In this document: piece after piece, positions 26,573 to 35,418 of the stretch
Layout of the letters: the number at the start of each line of letters is the position of its first letter
How positions within the stretch are numbered: the first letter of the stretch is position 1
NCBI GenBank assembly: GCA_013041585.1
Contig: JABEVM010000073.1
Span: forward strand, 1-37,383
Direction: 5' to 3'
DNA length: 37,383 bases
From: Chlamydiota bacterium
GTDB lineage: Bacteria > Chlamydiota > Chlamydiia > Chlamydiales > Rhabdochlamydiaceae
The notes under the pieces: generated by a model
Seen by the model: only the letters and a program-made list of their open reading frames with translations
Databases searched by the model: none
Told to the model about the DNA's origin: nothing
Translations under genes and position numbers: made by a program

Positions 26573-29194
26573 TTAGAAAGAGGGATAGTAAGCCTGTAAT
26601 GGAAGCTCGCTTGGGGTTAAGGAAGAAACAGAAACATTTTGTAGCACGGCCTCTAACAAGGTTTGCTCAGATGTGTCATTGAGCGCATCGATTCTTTCAA
26701 AACACCTAGCGAGCAAGTCTACTTGTGATGGGTCAAGTCCGAGCGTCAATCGAATTGTTGTACATTCCTCACTAAATAACATAGTGAAGTTGGGATGATA
26801 AAATCCCAAACTGAGTCGGTAAAAAATCGGGTGTTTTCCTTCCATGCATTGTAAATAGATGCCCCCTGCGGCAAGAGCAGATCCTCTAATTTGATGTAGA
26901 GGCCCTGAGATCTTAACATCAATAAAAGAAGGATCAGCCTCTTCCTTGATAGGAACAACCCGGTAGCCGCTCTCTTTGTAATTAAGAAGCCTAGAAGATA
27001 TTTTGTTTAAAAGAGCTCTTGTATTCGCAAAGATCTGCTTTTGATAAAGTTCTAACTCCGAAGCTGCATATTGGTAGGCAAGACAAAACCAATTTAGGCT
27101 AAGCCTGTCATTTTGCAAAGCTGGATCCGTTAAAAGAGAGGTAAATGAAGACCATTTTGTATCTTGGTTATGAATCATGTAGAATGGCGCGCCGCAGTAG
27201 TTATCCATTCCAAAAAGATCAAATTTAATGCCACTTTTATAGCAGATGATGTTAAGAGCGCCTGACTGAATCTCTTCCCTAAATTCAGTAAGCAACTGCC
27301 CAACTCTTGGAGAATCGATGAAATCAAGAGTGCAATCTAAAGCAAGAATGAGAGGCATCCCCTGCCTTGTGCTCAAAGATGTATGCAAAACCTCGGAAAC
27401 ATTTTCAACGCTATATGCATCAATTTGAAATTCGGTCCCTCTCCAAACAGGGTTGAACTGAGCTAAGATGAGATCAACTTCTTCCCAATCCTTTTCAGTT
27501 GCATCTTTAATAGAGGATGCGCTTGAAACTAACTTAGCTGCGTTGATGCATTCATAGTAGGTATTTTTCCCATAAAGAACACGAGGCTTTTTACCAATGG
27601 CTTTCTCCGTAGCATTAAAGATACCTGCAATACTTGTCATTGCAGAGGAATGAATCCCATACGATGCCAATGGTTTGAGATCAGATGGAATGCAGTGCAA
27701 AAGATTTTGATAAATAGATGGGAAGTCACCAAAGGTAAATGGAGAAAAAATTTCGAGAAGGGCGCAAAGGCTGGCATGGATCTCTTCAATATGTGAGGCC
27801 ATAGTAAAAAATGGATCTTCAGATCCCTTTTCTTTTAAGTGTTGAAGCTCTTCTTTGATCTTCATCAAGGAAATTTTTGTAACAGAGGACCTAGTTGGAC
27901 AGGTTATGATCTCATTCCATTTCTCTTCTGAAAGGGAAGAAAATAACCCTTTGAGCACATCTAGCGTTCCTTTGAGAAGCAAAGTCTTTTCAGGCTGATT
28001 TGACCTCCAATTTTGTTCAAAAGCATGTAAGTCGGAAACAAACTCATCTTTTGATTCGAGTTTCACCTGAATAGGTGAATGACCATGTTCCAAGGTGATG
28101 ATGTTTGGTGAGCTAGGCCATCTATCTAGCTCAATTCGATTAGCCGAAAGCCCAAAGACCGAGATCCATTGCAAAAGAAACTGATACTGCTCTTCGATTT
28201 TCTCAGAAGATGTAGCAGTAAAGGGAAGTAAGCGAATACCCCCGATCTCTTCTTGTTTCATTCTTTCGATGCAAAGGATTTGATCTATATTTATGTTATA
28301 CTCTTTGCAAGCTTCCATGAACGCAGCTTGATAGGTATTCCAAGTTTGAAGCCATTTTTCCGAATCTTGTCTATCGCCTTTAAAAACTTGAGTTAGATCA
28401 ACAACAACCTTTGAGGGATCCGTCTGCACTCTTAAAGCGATTTTTTTGACGGTTGTTTGTACCCTTTCGTTTTCAGCAATACCAAGAAAAGAAGGGAGAT
28501 AGTCTTGTAAATCGAAAGGGCGTGTCAAGATCAAAGGATAATGGGGAGGATGAGGAAGATCCTGTTTCCAAGCGTTCATCCTATTTTTGTATGCATTAGA
28601 GAGTTTAATCCAAGGACTTCTGGCATACGCATTGGCCGACTGTGGATGTACTTGAAGGCGGGTATCAAAAATGGGACAAATCCAATCGACCACGGAAGGA
28701 AAAAAACCCGTAGATTTGGCAAGCCAGCGCTTCTGTAAAAAGGAAAGAAGTTGGCTCTGTTCCTCAGAAACCGCAGGAATTCGAGAGAGGATTGCTTCGT
28801 TTATATGCCATGAAAATTGAGATGGGGGAATTCCTTTAAAAAAAGAAGGAGAAGGTCCTTTCCCAATTTGAGCAAAAACATGATGAGCTACACTACCGCA
28901 CAGATTACTTAAAAACAGGCATTCCTTTCCTACCTTTGAAGCCCAAGGGGAAATTTGGCATATCCCCCATCCTAACCTTGCCAAGACAAAGGCTGAGCCG
29001 AAAATAGTTCCCGTTCCAACATAGACAGCGCCTTTAGAGATTTTGTGAAGAATAGTATGAATTTTCTCATCAACTTCAAGTGAGGAATCTACCCTTTCCT
29101 TAGAAATTTCAGAGAATCGAGATAAATCATTTGGTTCACATGTTTGTATACAACTTGTAGAAAAGACTATTAATAAAAAAAGAGTTTTCTTCAT
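26573..29194 (-). CDS. large exported protein: unknown ~450-aa N-terminal region plus C-terminal Cys/Met-metabolism PLP-dependent-enzyme-like domain
   Basis: 873 aa with the hydrophobic leader MKKTLFLLIVFSTSC. The C-terminal ~370 aa is colinear with the cystathionine gamma-synthase/beta-lyase family. Matching elements are HSSAMTSIAGI, LILAQFNP, LILALDCTL, CYKSGIKFDLFGMD (Schiff-base Lys position), RLSLGFYHPNFTML and TIRLTLGLDPSQVDLL. Confidence 0.55.
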   Translation of the reverse strand: MKKTLFLLIVFSTSCIQTCEPNDLSRFSEISKERVDSSLEVDEKIHTILHKISKGAVYVGTGTIFGSAFVLARLGWGICQISPWASKVGKECLFLSNLCGSVAHHVFAQIGKGPSPSFFKGIPPSQFSWHINEAILSRIPAVSEEQSQLLSFLQKRWLAKSTGFFPSVVDWICPIFDTRLQVHPQSANAYARSPWIKLSNAYKNRMNAWKQDLPHPPHYPLILTRPFDLQDYLPSFLGIAENERVQTTVKKIALRVQTDPSKVVVDLTQVFKGDRQDSEKWLQTWNTYQAAFMEACKEYNINIDQILCIERMKQEEIGGIRLLPFTATSSEKIEEQYQFLLQWISVFGLSANRIELDRWPSSPNIITLEHGHSPIQVKLESKDEFVSDLHAFEQNWRSNQPEKTLLLKGTLDVLKGLFSSLSEEKWNEIITCPTRSSVTKISLMKIKEELQHLKEKGSEDPFFTMASHIEEIHASLCALLEIFSPFTFGDFPSIYQNLLHCIPSDLKPLASYGIHSSAMTSIAGIFNATEKAIGKKPRVLYGKNTYYECINAAKLVSSASSIKDATEKDWEEVDLILAQFNPVWRGTEFQIDAYSVENVSEVLHTSLSTRQGMPLILALDCTLDFIDSPRVGQLLTEFREEIQSGALNIICYKSGIKFDLFGMDNYCGAPFYMIHNQDTKWSSFTSLLTDPALQNDRLSLNWFCLAYQYAASELELYQKQIFANTRALLNKISSRLLNYKESGYRVVPIKEEADPSFIDVKISGPLHQIRGSALAAGGIYLQCMEGKHPIFYRLSLGFYHPNFTMLFSEECTTIRLTLGLDPSQVDLLARCFERIDALNDTSEQTLLEAVLQNVSVSSLTPSELPLQAYYPSF

Positions 29195-29310
29195 ACCGTC
29201 AAATTAGTAACTATGAACCTATAATTGACATATATAAAAAAGCTGTAAATCATCCAAGATATTTAAAATCCGTATTCTCTCACTCCTTAAAATCCAAGAT
29301 CATAAGAAAT

Positions 29311-29340
29311 AAAAAAGCTCAGGAATAATTCCTGAGCTTT
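29311..29340 (-). terminator. rho-independent terminator of the SMT-like gene
   Basis: On the minus strand, AAAGCTCAGGAA-tta-TTCCTGAGCTTT is followed by TTT, giving a TTTTTT run with the last three stem bases. It lies 29 nt after the stop at 29369. Confidence 0.75.
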
Positions 29341-29368
29341 AGCTTTATTACAGCTTACACGTAATTTC

Positions 29369-30430
29369 TTACGCCTTTTTTTGTCCCACAATGTAATAGC
29401 TTGTTGTGACAAGTCTTAAGCGATCAGCTTCAACAAAAGCTTCTCCATCTTTTGTCAAACGATCGAATAAGGCTTTAAAATGTGCAGGCAGTATTTTGCA
29501 TTTTACAAGGAAGTTAATCCATTTTGCTGCACGAGTATAGAATTTATCCGCATTTTCAATCAGTGGCGCTTGCAGCCCATCTATGCTAGCGTTTTCATCT
29601 ATCAAAATTTCAAATCCTGCTTCTTTCATGAGATTTACGTATTGCTCCGAAGAAGGACTTCCGATTGCACCGATTAAAGGCTTGATCCTCTTCATCAAAT
29701 CAGCATGATACGGATTTTTCTCGTCGTATTTGCTAAGTGTTACCCAATCCAGACATGCAAATTTTGCACCCGGTTTAAGCATACGATAGATCTCTTTAAA
29801 AAGTTTTCCTAAATCTTTTGATAAACTAAAAGCCTGTATTTGATAGATAGCATCAAAAGAATTGTCAGCAAAAGGATAAGGGATGTCGTTCATATCCCCC
29901 TTTTGGAAGTGGCATTGATTAGATAGTCCATTGCCAGCAGCAAAGCGTCTTGCGGATTCCAATTGTGTTGTATCAATATTCATTCCGGTAACATTTGCAC
30001 CTGTATGAGAAGCTACATGGTTTGCAACACGTCCTCTTCCACATCCTATATCCAAAACCTTATTCCCTTTCTTGATACCAAGGTCCTGCGCCATTTTTCT
30101 TTCAAAGAGGGTTTGATTTGTAATGATACTCTTAGAAAGATCGATTGCAGGAGGAATATACATCTTTTCCACTTGGCCGATTGCGCAAAGGTGGTTAAGC
30201 ACGCTATAATAATCAACTAGCTTTCTCTGAATTTCCTTATAATAATCTTTTCCCATATCTTTTATCAGCTGATCTTCATTGACCCAATCATGGTCATAGA
30301 TATTGTAGGAATTGAGAAATGCATCAATTTTTTCTGGAGGGAGTGTATACAAAGTTTTGAATGACTTCATAACCGTGGACATTCTATAAAACTTAAATTG
30401 CAACTTAGATTGAACACTAACTTGTGACAT
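29369..30430 (-). CDS. SAM-dependent methyltransferase of the sterol 24-C-methyltransferase (ERG6/SMT)-like family
   Basis: 353 aa. VLDIGCGRGRVANHVA...NVTGMN...LSNQCHFQKGD...FDAIYQIQA...EIYRMLKPGAKFACLDWV..KYDEKNPYH...AGFEIL is colinear with yeast ERG6 as I recall it. The ERG6 counterpart reads VLDVGCGVGGPAREIA...NVIGLN...LSDQMDFVKGD...FDKVYAIEA...EIYKVLKPGGTFAVYEWV..KYDENNPEH...CGFEVL. Confidence 0.6.
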   Translation of the reverse strand: MSQVSVQSKLQFKFYRMSTVMKSFKTLYTLPPEKIDAFLNSYNIYDHDWVNEDQLIKDMGKDYYKEIQRKLVDYYSVLNHLCAIGQVEKMYIPPAIDLSKSIITNQTLFERKMAQDLGIKKGNKVLDIGCGRGRVANHVASHTGANVTGMNIDTTQLESARRFAAGNGLSNQCHFQKGDMNDIPYPFADNSFDAIYQIQAFSLSKDLGKLFKEIYRMLKPGAKFACLDWVTLSKYDEKNPYHADLMKRIKPLIGAIGSPSSEQYVNLMKEAGFEILIDENASIDGLQAPLIENADKFYTRAAKWINFLVKCKILPAHFKALFDRLTKDGEAFVEADRLRLVTTSYYIVGQKKA

Positions 30431-30660
30431 TGTGACTCCTTTACCTGTCTTTCAGCTTTAGGTTAATTTCAAATGCAAAATTGATTCTTTTGCCTAGTTG
30501 GGCCTTTCCCCAAAAGGCAATAAATTCTTCAAAAGTGTTGTTTTCCAAACCTACTAGAGAGGCTCTCTCAAGTAAACTCTTTTTTTTGATTTAATTTTAG
30601 ATTGTACATTTTTCAGACAAAAACACAAAAAAAACTATTGCTTACTCCTTCCAAGATAGT

Positions 30661-30686
30661 AGAAAACCCCATGTTCTCCATGGGGC
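30661..30686 (-). terminator. rho-independent terminator of the porin gene
   Basis: On the minus strand, CCCCATG-gagaa-CATGGGG is followed by TTTTCT. It lies ~20 nt after the stop at 30705. Confidence 0.6.
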
Positions 30687-30704
30687 TTTCAAGAAAAAAA
30701 GAGA

Positions 30705-32039
30705 TTAGAAATCAAATCTCACACCAAATGTCAATCCTTGCAAAGCAAGATCACCCTGTCTTCGATTTGCTGTGGTTTCATTGCTAAAACTGCTGATAAC
30801 TCTTTGAGCTGTGAAATCTAAGATGTTTTGCGCTGAAGTAAGCACATTAGGCGATCTTGGTAGTATAAGCTCTCTCAGCTCGTTCTGGTCGAACCATTTA
30901 TTGAACTCATAGCCAAGAGAAATGAAAAGATGCTGTTTATCATTATTAAAGTCGGTATGCCAAGTCATTCCAAGAGCTAGTTGAAAAGTGCTTCTTACTC
31001 GATGAAAATTATCATGAAGTGAAAGGTCATAAGCATTGGTTAGAGCAAATGCCCCTAAAGGGTCATCTGGTACATTTGTAACTATCGTACCACTTGATTT
31101 AAAGCTTTCTTCAACCTCAAACCGACCATACAAAAGGGATCCAGACATTTTTCCATACACCGCAAAAGATCTTGCGAAATTCCAATTTACATCGAGTCCG
31201 CCTCGTAGGCCTCCCCCGTCGTAATTATTTTCCCCCTTAAATTTACTTGTAGGAGAAAACGAGTTGAACTGAGCCGGCGTTGCGTTTACTCCACCGAGCT
31301 GTCCTACAGTTATATTAAGAATAGAATCATATTTTGCATTCACATGCTGATGAATAAATGCTCCCCTTAGACCTATATGAGGACGAAGTGTGAGGCTTTT
31401 CCCTAGGAAAAAGTTTCTTCCTAATTCTAAATCAACAGTATTATAATGCAGCCTCCAATGAGAACTTGCACCGGCAGCTGGACCTCCAAGAACAACAGGC
31501 CCCCAGCTAGGAACTATGTATTCCCGCGTAGTTTGCTGCGGATTTTGTGCAATTGTTTGGCCATTAAGCTCATTTGTAAAAGACTGCGCCCCCTTAAAGG
31601 AATCATGCGCCGTACTTTGAAGCCATGTCCAATTTAAAAAAAGATCCCACTGATCTCGCTGCCCAAATATCGCACCTATTCCTACTTTGAATCCCGGCTT
31701 CCATTTAAAATCTAGATCCTTGTCTTTTGTAGACCCTGAAAGACTGTAGCCGACATTTGGATTCGTTGTAAAACCAGCAACATCGGGAACTAACAACTCT
31801 TGTGTATTCTCACTCAGCCCGTAGTCAAGTCCATCTTCTGTTGCTTGCCAATAGATAAAGGAAAGATCCATCTCAAAACGATTTGGATTAGTATAAGGAG
31901 GAAGCTTATCACCAAGACTTGGTGTCCGCTCTTGTTCAACTTTTTTATCTTGCGGTTTACTTGGCTCTTTTGCCTCAGTAAAGCTATTTAGCCCGATCAA
32001 AACACTCATCAAAGCTAGATTTTTGAATTTCATCTTCAT
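30705..32039 (-). CDS. outer-membrane beta-barrel protein, Legionella-MOMP/chlamydial MOMP-like family
   Basis: 444 aa with the leader MKMKFKNLALMSVLIGLNSFTEA. The FIYWQATEDGLDY motif is typical of this family. Amphipathic beta-strands alternate and the protein ends in a C-terminal aromatic, ...FGVRFDF. Confidence 0.7.
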   Translation of the reverse strand: MKMKFKNLALMSVLIGLNSFTEAKEPSKPQDKKVEQERTPSLGDKLPPYTNPNRFEMDLSFIYWQATEDGLDYGLSENTQELLVPDVAGFTTNPNVGYSLSGSTKDKDLDFKWKPGFKVGIGAIFGQRDQWDLFLNWTWLQSTAHDSFKGAQSFTNELNGQTIAQNPQQTTREYIVPSWGPVVLGGPAAGASSHWRLHYNTVDLELGRNFFLGKSLTLRPHIGLRGAFIHQHVNAKYDSILNITVGQLGGVNATPAQFNSFSPTSKFKGENNYDGGGLRGGLDVNWNFARSFAVYGKMSGSLLYGRFEVEESFKSSGTIVTNVPDDPLGAFALTNAYDLSLHDNFHRVRSTFQLALGMTWHTDFNNDKQHLFISLGYEFNKWFDQNELRELILPRSPNVLTSAQNILDFTAQRVISSFSNETTANRRQGDLALQGLTFGVRFDF

Positions 32040-32143
32040 TCCTTTTTTGATTCATTTTCATCGTTAAATAAAAAAGGATTCTAATTTTTTCTCAAATTAA
32101 ACTTATATATATTTTTTGTAAGCCATGTCTGCTTATGATTTCA

Positions 32144-32683
32144 TTACAATTTGGCAAGGAACAACTTCTGAATCTGCAATGTATCTACGTATTGGCCAGG
32201 CCTAATTTCAAAAAAATACAAAAGTTGCCATTTTTGTGTTTTTTCAGCCTGTCTATTATCAGGGATATCCCATGGTGGATAGACCCGCATAGCACGCTTT
32301 CCTCCGTTCCCTTCTTTTGACACAATGTCCTTTTCACAGAGAACTTCTTTTGGAAAAACAAATTGGCCAAAACGTTCTCCCCTTCGGACGCTGATAACGA
32401 AAAGGTCGACTGGATCTGCCCTATCATACGGCTGAATAGGACCGGTCCCTATCCTCTTCCATAGAGTAACAAACTGTCCTATTTTAGTTGGCGTGATCTT
32501 TGCTACGCGAAACTTGATGCGAAGATTATTCATTTCAAACTCAAACGCACCATACTCTTGGCTTTCCGCTTCTCGCTTTAGTTTGTCAATTGACAGTCCG
32601 TTTGGTTCATATGCAAATTTTTGCGCTGCAAGAAGGTCGGGATGAACTATTTCAGAAAAATCCTGCTCTTTTTCTTTACTCAT
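32144..32683 (-). CDS. MepB family protein
   Basis: 179 aa. The pattern QEYGAFEF......FRVAKITPTKIGQFVTLWKR...VDLFVI...FGQFVFPK..L......GKRAMRVYPPWD matches the MepB domain as I recall it. Confidence 0.65.
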   Translation of the reverse strand: MSKEKEQDFSEIVHPDLLAAQKFAYEPNGLSIDKLKREAESQEYGAFEFEMNNLRIKFRVAKITPTKIGQFVTLWKRIGTGPIQPYDRADPVDLFVISVRRGERFGQFVFPKEVLCEKDIVSKEGNGGKRAMRVYPPWDIPDNRQAEKTQKWQLLYFFEIRPGQYVDTLQIQKLFLAKL

Positions 32684-32770
32684 GAGTTTAGCCAGTAAAA
32701 ATTTGTGATGAATACTAAGAAAGCTGCCAATTTTTTCTAAGAAAAAATTCTGAAATAACTTGTTCTCTTT

Positions 32771-33307
32771 TTATTTCTTTTTTGAAGGAAGCTTGATCAC
32801 ATCGCCATCCACTACAAAAACACCATTACCGCAATGATGAATCGTACGAGGAGCTTTTTTAGCAGGGCGGGTCCAAGCTTTGACAACTTCTAAGATAAAC
32901 ATGTTATATTTTGCTGCCATTTTCATATCGATTACTTTGCATTCAAGACTCGCATAGCACTCAGTGAGAAGAGGCGCTTTCACCTTAGAAGCAGGCTCCT
33001 CTGCAAGATGAAATTTCTCGAACTTATTGACTTTACTACCTGAAGTATTTCCAACCTCTACCACTTTTTTAGCAAGTTCTACAGTTGGGATATTGAGCAC
33101 ACACTCTTTTGTTTTCTTTAAGGCATTGAATGAATAGTTTTGATCACTTACTACGCATGCCAAAATAGGCGGTGTAAAATCTATCATCATATGCCATGAC
33201 ATCGTCATAACGTTAGCCTCGCCTTTTAGGGAGGTTGTAAGCATCAAAACTGGTCCGGGTTCTAGGAGTTGATACACTTTTGATAAAGGAAAGTTTTTTT
33301 TAGGCAT
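32771..33307 (-). CDS. flavin reductase-like FMN-binding (split-barrel) protein
   Basis: 178 aa. LEPGPVLMLTT...NVMTMSWHM...PPILACVV......NIP is typical of the Flavin_Reduct domain. Confidence 0.78.
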   Translation of the reverse strand: MPKKNFPLSKVYQLLEPGPVLMLTTSLKGEANVMTMSWHMMIDFTPPILACVVSDQNYSFNALKKTKECVLNIPTVELAKKVVEVGNTSGSKVNKFEKFHLAEEPASKVKAPLLTECYASLECKVIDMKMAAKYNMFILEVVKAWTRPAKKAPRTIHHCGNGVFVVDGDVIKLPSKKK

Positions 33308-33401
33308 GGTTTGAAAATCCCTCTGAAAATTGGGATAGTAAGAAACCCATGTATTTTGCGCAAGGCCGAGAAAATACCTATTATTTCAAAACTGGATCAA
33401 A

Positions 33402-33854
33402 TTAATGATTCAAGCATTCCATTTTTTTCTCTACACAAGAAAGAGAATGTTTCAACCAAATAGGAATATCGATGTGACTTAGAGCTTCATTTACGGTTAA
33501 CCAATAGTACTGCGGAACTTCTCGGACCGAAGGGATAACCTCCGGGATAGTATTTTGTATATTGCAATAGAAAATCGTATCAAGCACATGCTCTTGGCTT
33601 GAATCTACAAAATAAGTGCTTGTAACAAAGTGAATAGGATCCGTCAAATTCAACCCAACTTCTTCTAAAACTTCTCGTTTTACAGCCTGCTCTAAAATAT
33701 CTACGTTTTCACCGCCATCTTTGTATTCAACCTTTCCACCTGGAAAAGCCAAAAAACCTCCAGCATGAACTCCATGAGGCCGTTTGATAAATAAAAACCG
33801 ATCATTACATTTAATTGCGCACTCCACTACAACAAGAAATTTTTCCATAAACAT
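33402..33854 (-). CDS. NUDIX hydrolase
   Basis: 150 aa. The Nudix box core is GGK......AVKREVLEEVGL. It starts 3 nt after the fabH stop. Confidence 0.8.
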   Translation of the reverse strand: MFMEKFLVVVECAIKCNDRFLFIKRPHGVHAGGFLAFPGGKVEYKDGGENVDILEQAVKREVLEEVGLNLTDPIHFVTSTYFVDSSQEHVLDTIFYCNIQNTIPEVIPSVREVPQYYWLTVNEALSHIDIPIWLKHSLSCVEKKMECLNH

Positions 33855-33857
33855 CCC

Positions 33858-34859
33858 TTATGCCTTTTGATAGGTAAGTATAGCAGCGCCCCAAGTAAGT
33901 CCAAATCCAAAGGCAGTCAAAAGGATATTCGTATCCGGCTGCAGGGATTGAGTACAAATCAGCTCATCTAAAGCAATACCCACGGAAGAGGCGGAGGTAT
34001 TCCCATATTTGTGAATGGTGAGATAAACGCGCTCCATAGGGATTTGAAAACGTTTTGACATCGCTTCGATAATGCGCATATTTGCTTGGTGGGGAACAAG
34101 CCAACTCACATCGCTTTCAGTAAGATTTGCAAGGTCTATACATTCTTTACATGCCGATTCCATTTTGCGAACCGCATGTTTAAAAATTTCACTTCCGTGC
34201 ATTTGAATATAATGAAGGTCCTTATCCACAGTTGCAGCAGAAGCTGGCAAGCGGCATCCTCCTGCAGGGACCATTCCCAGGGATGTATGCGCTCCATCTG
34301 CGCCAAGGCGCATGCTTCGAATCAAAAACCCATCTTTTTTTTCCCTACTCACTACGCAGGCAGAGGCCCCATCTCCAAATAGCACACAGGTTGTGCGATC
34401 CTTGTAATTTACAATCGAAGAGAGCTTTTCTGAGGCCACGACAAGAACATTCTTGTACATTCCGCTCTCGATAAATGATTTTGCGGTACATACCCCATAA
34501 ACATAGCCCGAGCAAGCAGCTTGGATATCCATAGCCGATGCTTTTATAGCGCCAAGTCCATGCTGGATCATGCAGGCTGTACTGATCGTTTGATAATCTG
34601 GTGTAGAAGTGGTTACTAAAATACAGTCGACTTCTTCAGGAGTGATCTGAGCTCTTTGCAGAGCCGATCTAGCAGCTTCGAGGCCCATATCTGAGGTGAA
34701 TTCATTCTCTCCGGCAATGCGCCTTTCCCTCATACCCGTACGAGTGAAAATCCATTCATCAGATGTTTCGACCATTTTCTCTAGATCATGATTTGTCAAA
34801 ATTTTACTGGGCAGATACGACCCTGTTCCAATAATTTTAGCTTGATAGAGCATATGCAC
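33858..34859 (-). CDS. fabH: 3-oxoacyl-ACP synthase III (KAS III)
   Basis: 333 aa. It has IIGTGSYLPSKILTNHDLEKMVETSDEWIFTRTGMRERRIA and the catalytic triad: AACSGYVYG (Cys), VPHQANMRII (His), GNTSASS (Asn). It is very similar to Chlamydia FabH as I recall it. Confidence 0.88.
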   Translation of the reverse strand: MHMLYQAKIIGTGSYLPSKILTNHDLEKMVETSDEWIFTRTGMRERRIAGENEFTSDMGLEAARSALQRAQITPEEVDCILVTTSTPDYQTISTACMIQHGLGAIKASAMDIQAACSGYVYGVCTAKSFIESGMYKNVLVVASEKLSSIVNYKDRTTCVLFGDGASACVVSREKKDGFLIRSMRLGADGAHTSLGMVPAGGCRLPASAATVDKDLHYIQMHGSEIFKHAVRKMESACKECIDLANLTESDVSWLVPHQANMRIIEAMSKRFQIPMERVYLTIHKYGNTSASSVGIALDELICTQSLQPDTNILLTAFGFGLTWGAAILTYQKA

Positions 34860-34955
34860 GTCCCTGTAGAGTAAGTGTAATCATTCTACCATGCAATGGA
34901 TCAAAAAAGAAGTGGCAAATCTTTCTAAAAACAATAGATTTTTTTATTCTACTGC

Positions 34956-34982
34956 TTGTAAAAGCCTTATGATATTTTACAA
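34956..34982. promoter_or_regulatory. inverted repeat in the fabH / VOC divergent promoter region (candidate operator)
   Basis: TTGTAAAA-N11-TTTTACAA is a perfect 8-bp pair of arms. Confidence 0.25.
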
Positions 34983-35026
34983 ATAAGATATGAGTTTATT
35001 ATCCTATGCCTTTTCTTGGAGAATGT

Positions 35027-35398
35027 ATGAAATATAGCCATTATGGAATTCCAACCAGCGAAGTCAAAGAAAATGAATCCTATGTGGAAGTTGGGGATTT
35101 TAAGTTTTATACGACACCCTATGAAGCAAACAAGTACCATATTATGTGGCACCGCTTTGAAGAAGGCCACGGCCTTCCAGAAATCATAACAAAAGTTCCC
35201 CACATTGCCTTTACTGTTGAAAATCTAGATAAGGAAATTAAAGGAAAAAAAGTCATTTTAGGTCCCTATTATCCTCTCGAAGGATATCGGGTAGCGATGT
35301 TCGAAGAAGACGGTGTGCTCATTGAGCTGATCGAAACAAAGCTCAGCGATGAAGAAATTTCCAAACTAGAAAAAGAAAAAATCACAGATTTGCCGTAA
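35027..35398 (+). CDS. VOC (glyoxalase/bleomycin-resistance-like) family protein
   Basis: The ATG at 35027 follows a GGAGA RBS; the ORF is open from 35006. VPHIAFTVENLDKEIKGKKVILGP....GYRVAMFEEDGVLIELIE fits a single VOC beta-alpha-beta-beta-beta module. Confidence 0.5.
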   Translation: MKYSHYGIPTSEVKENESYVEVGDFKFYTTPYEANKYHIMWHRFEEGHGLPEIITKVPHIAFTVENLDKEIKGKKVILGPYYPLEGYRVAMFEEDGVLIELIETKLSDEEISKLEKEKITDLP

Positions 35399-35418
35399 CT
35401 TCGAAAGCGTCATTGTTA

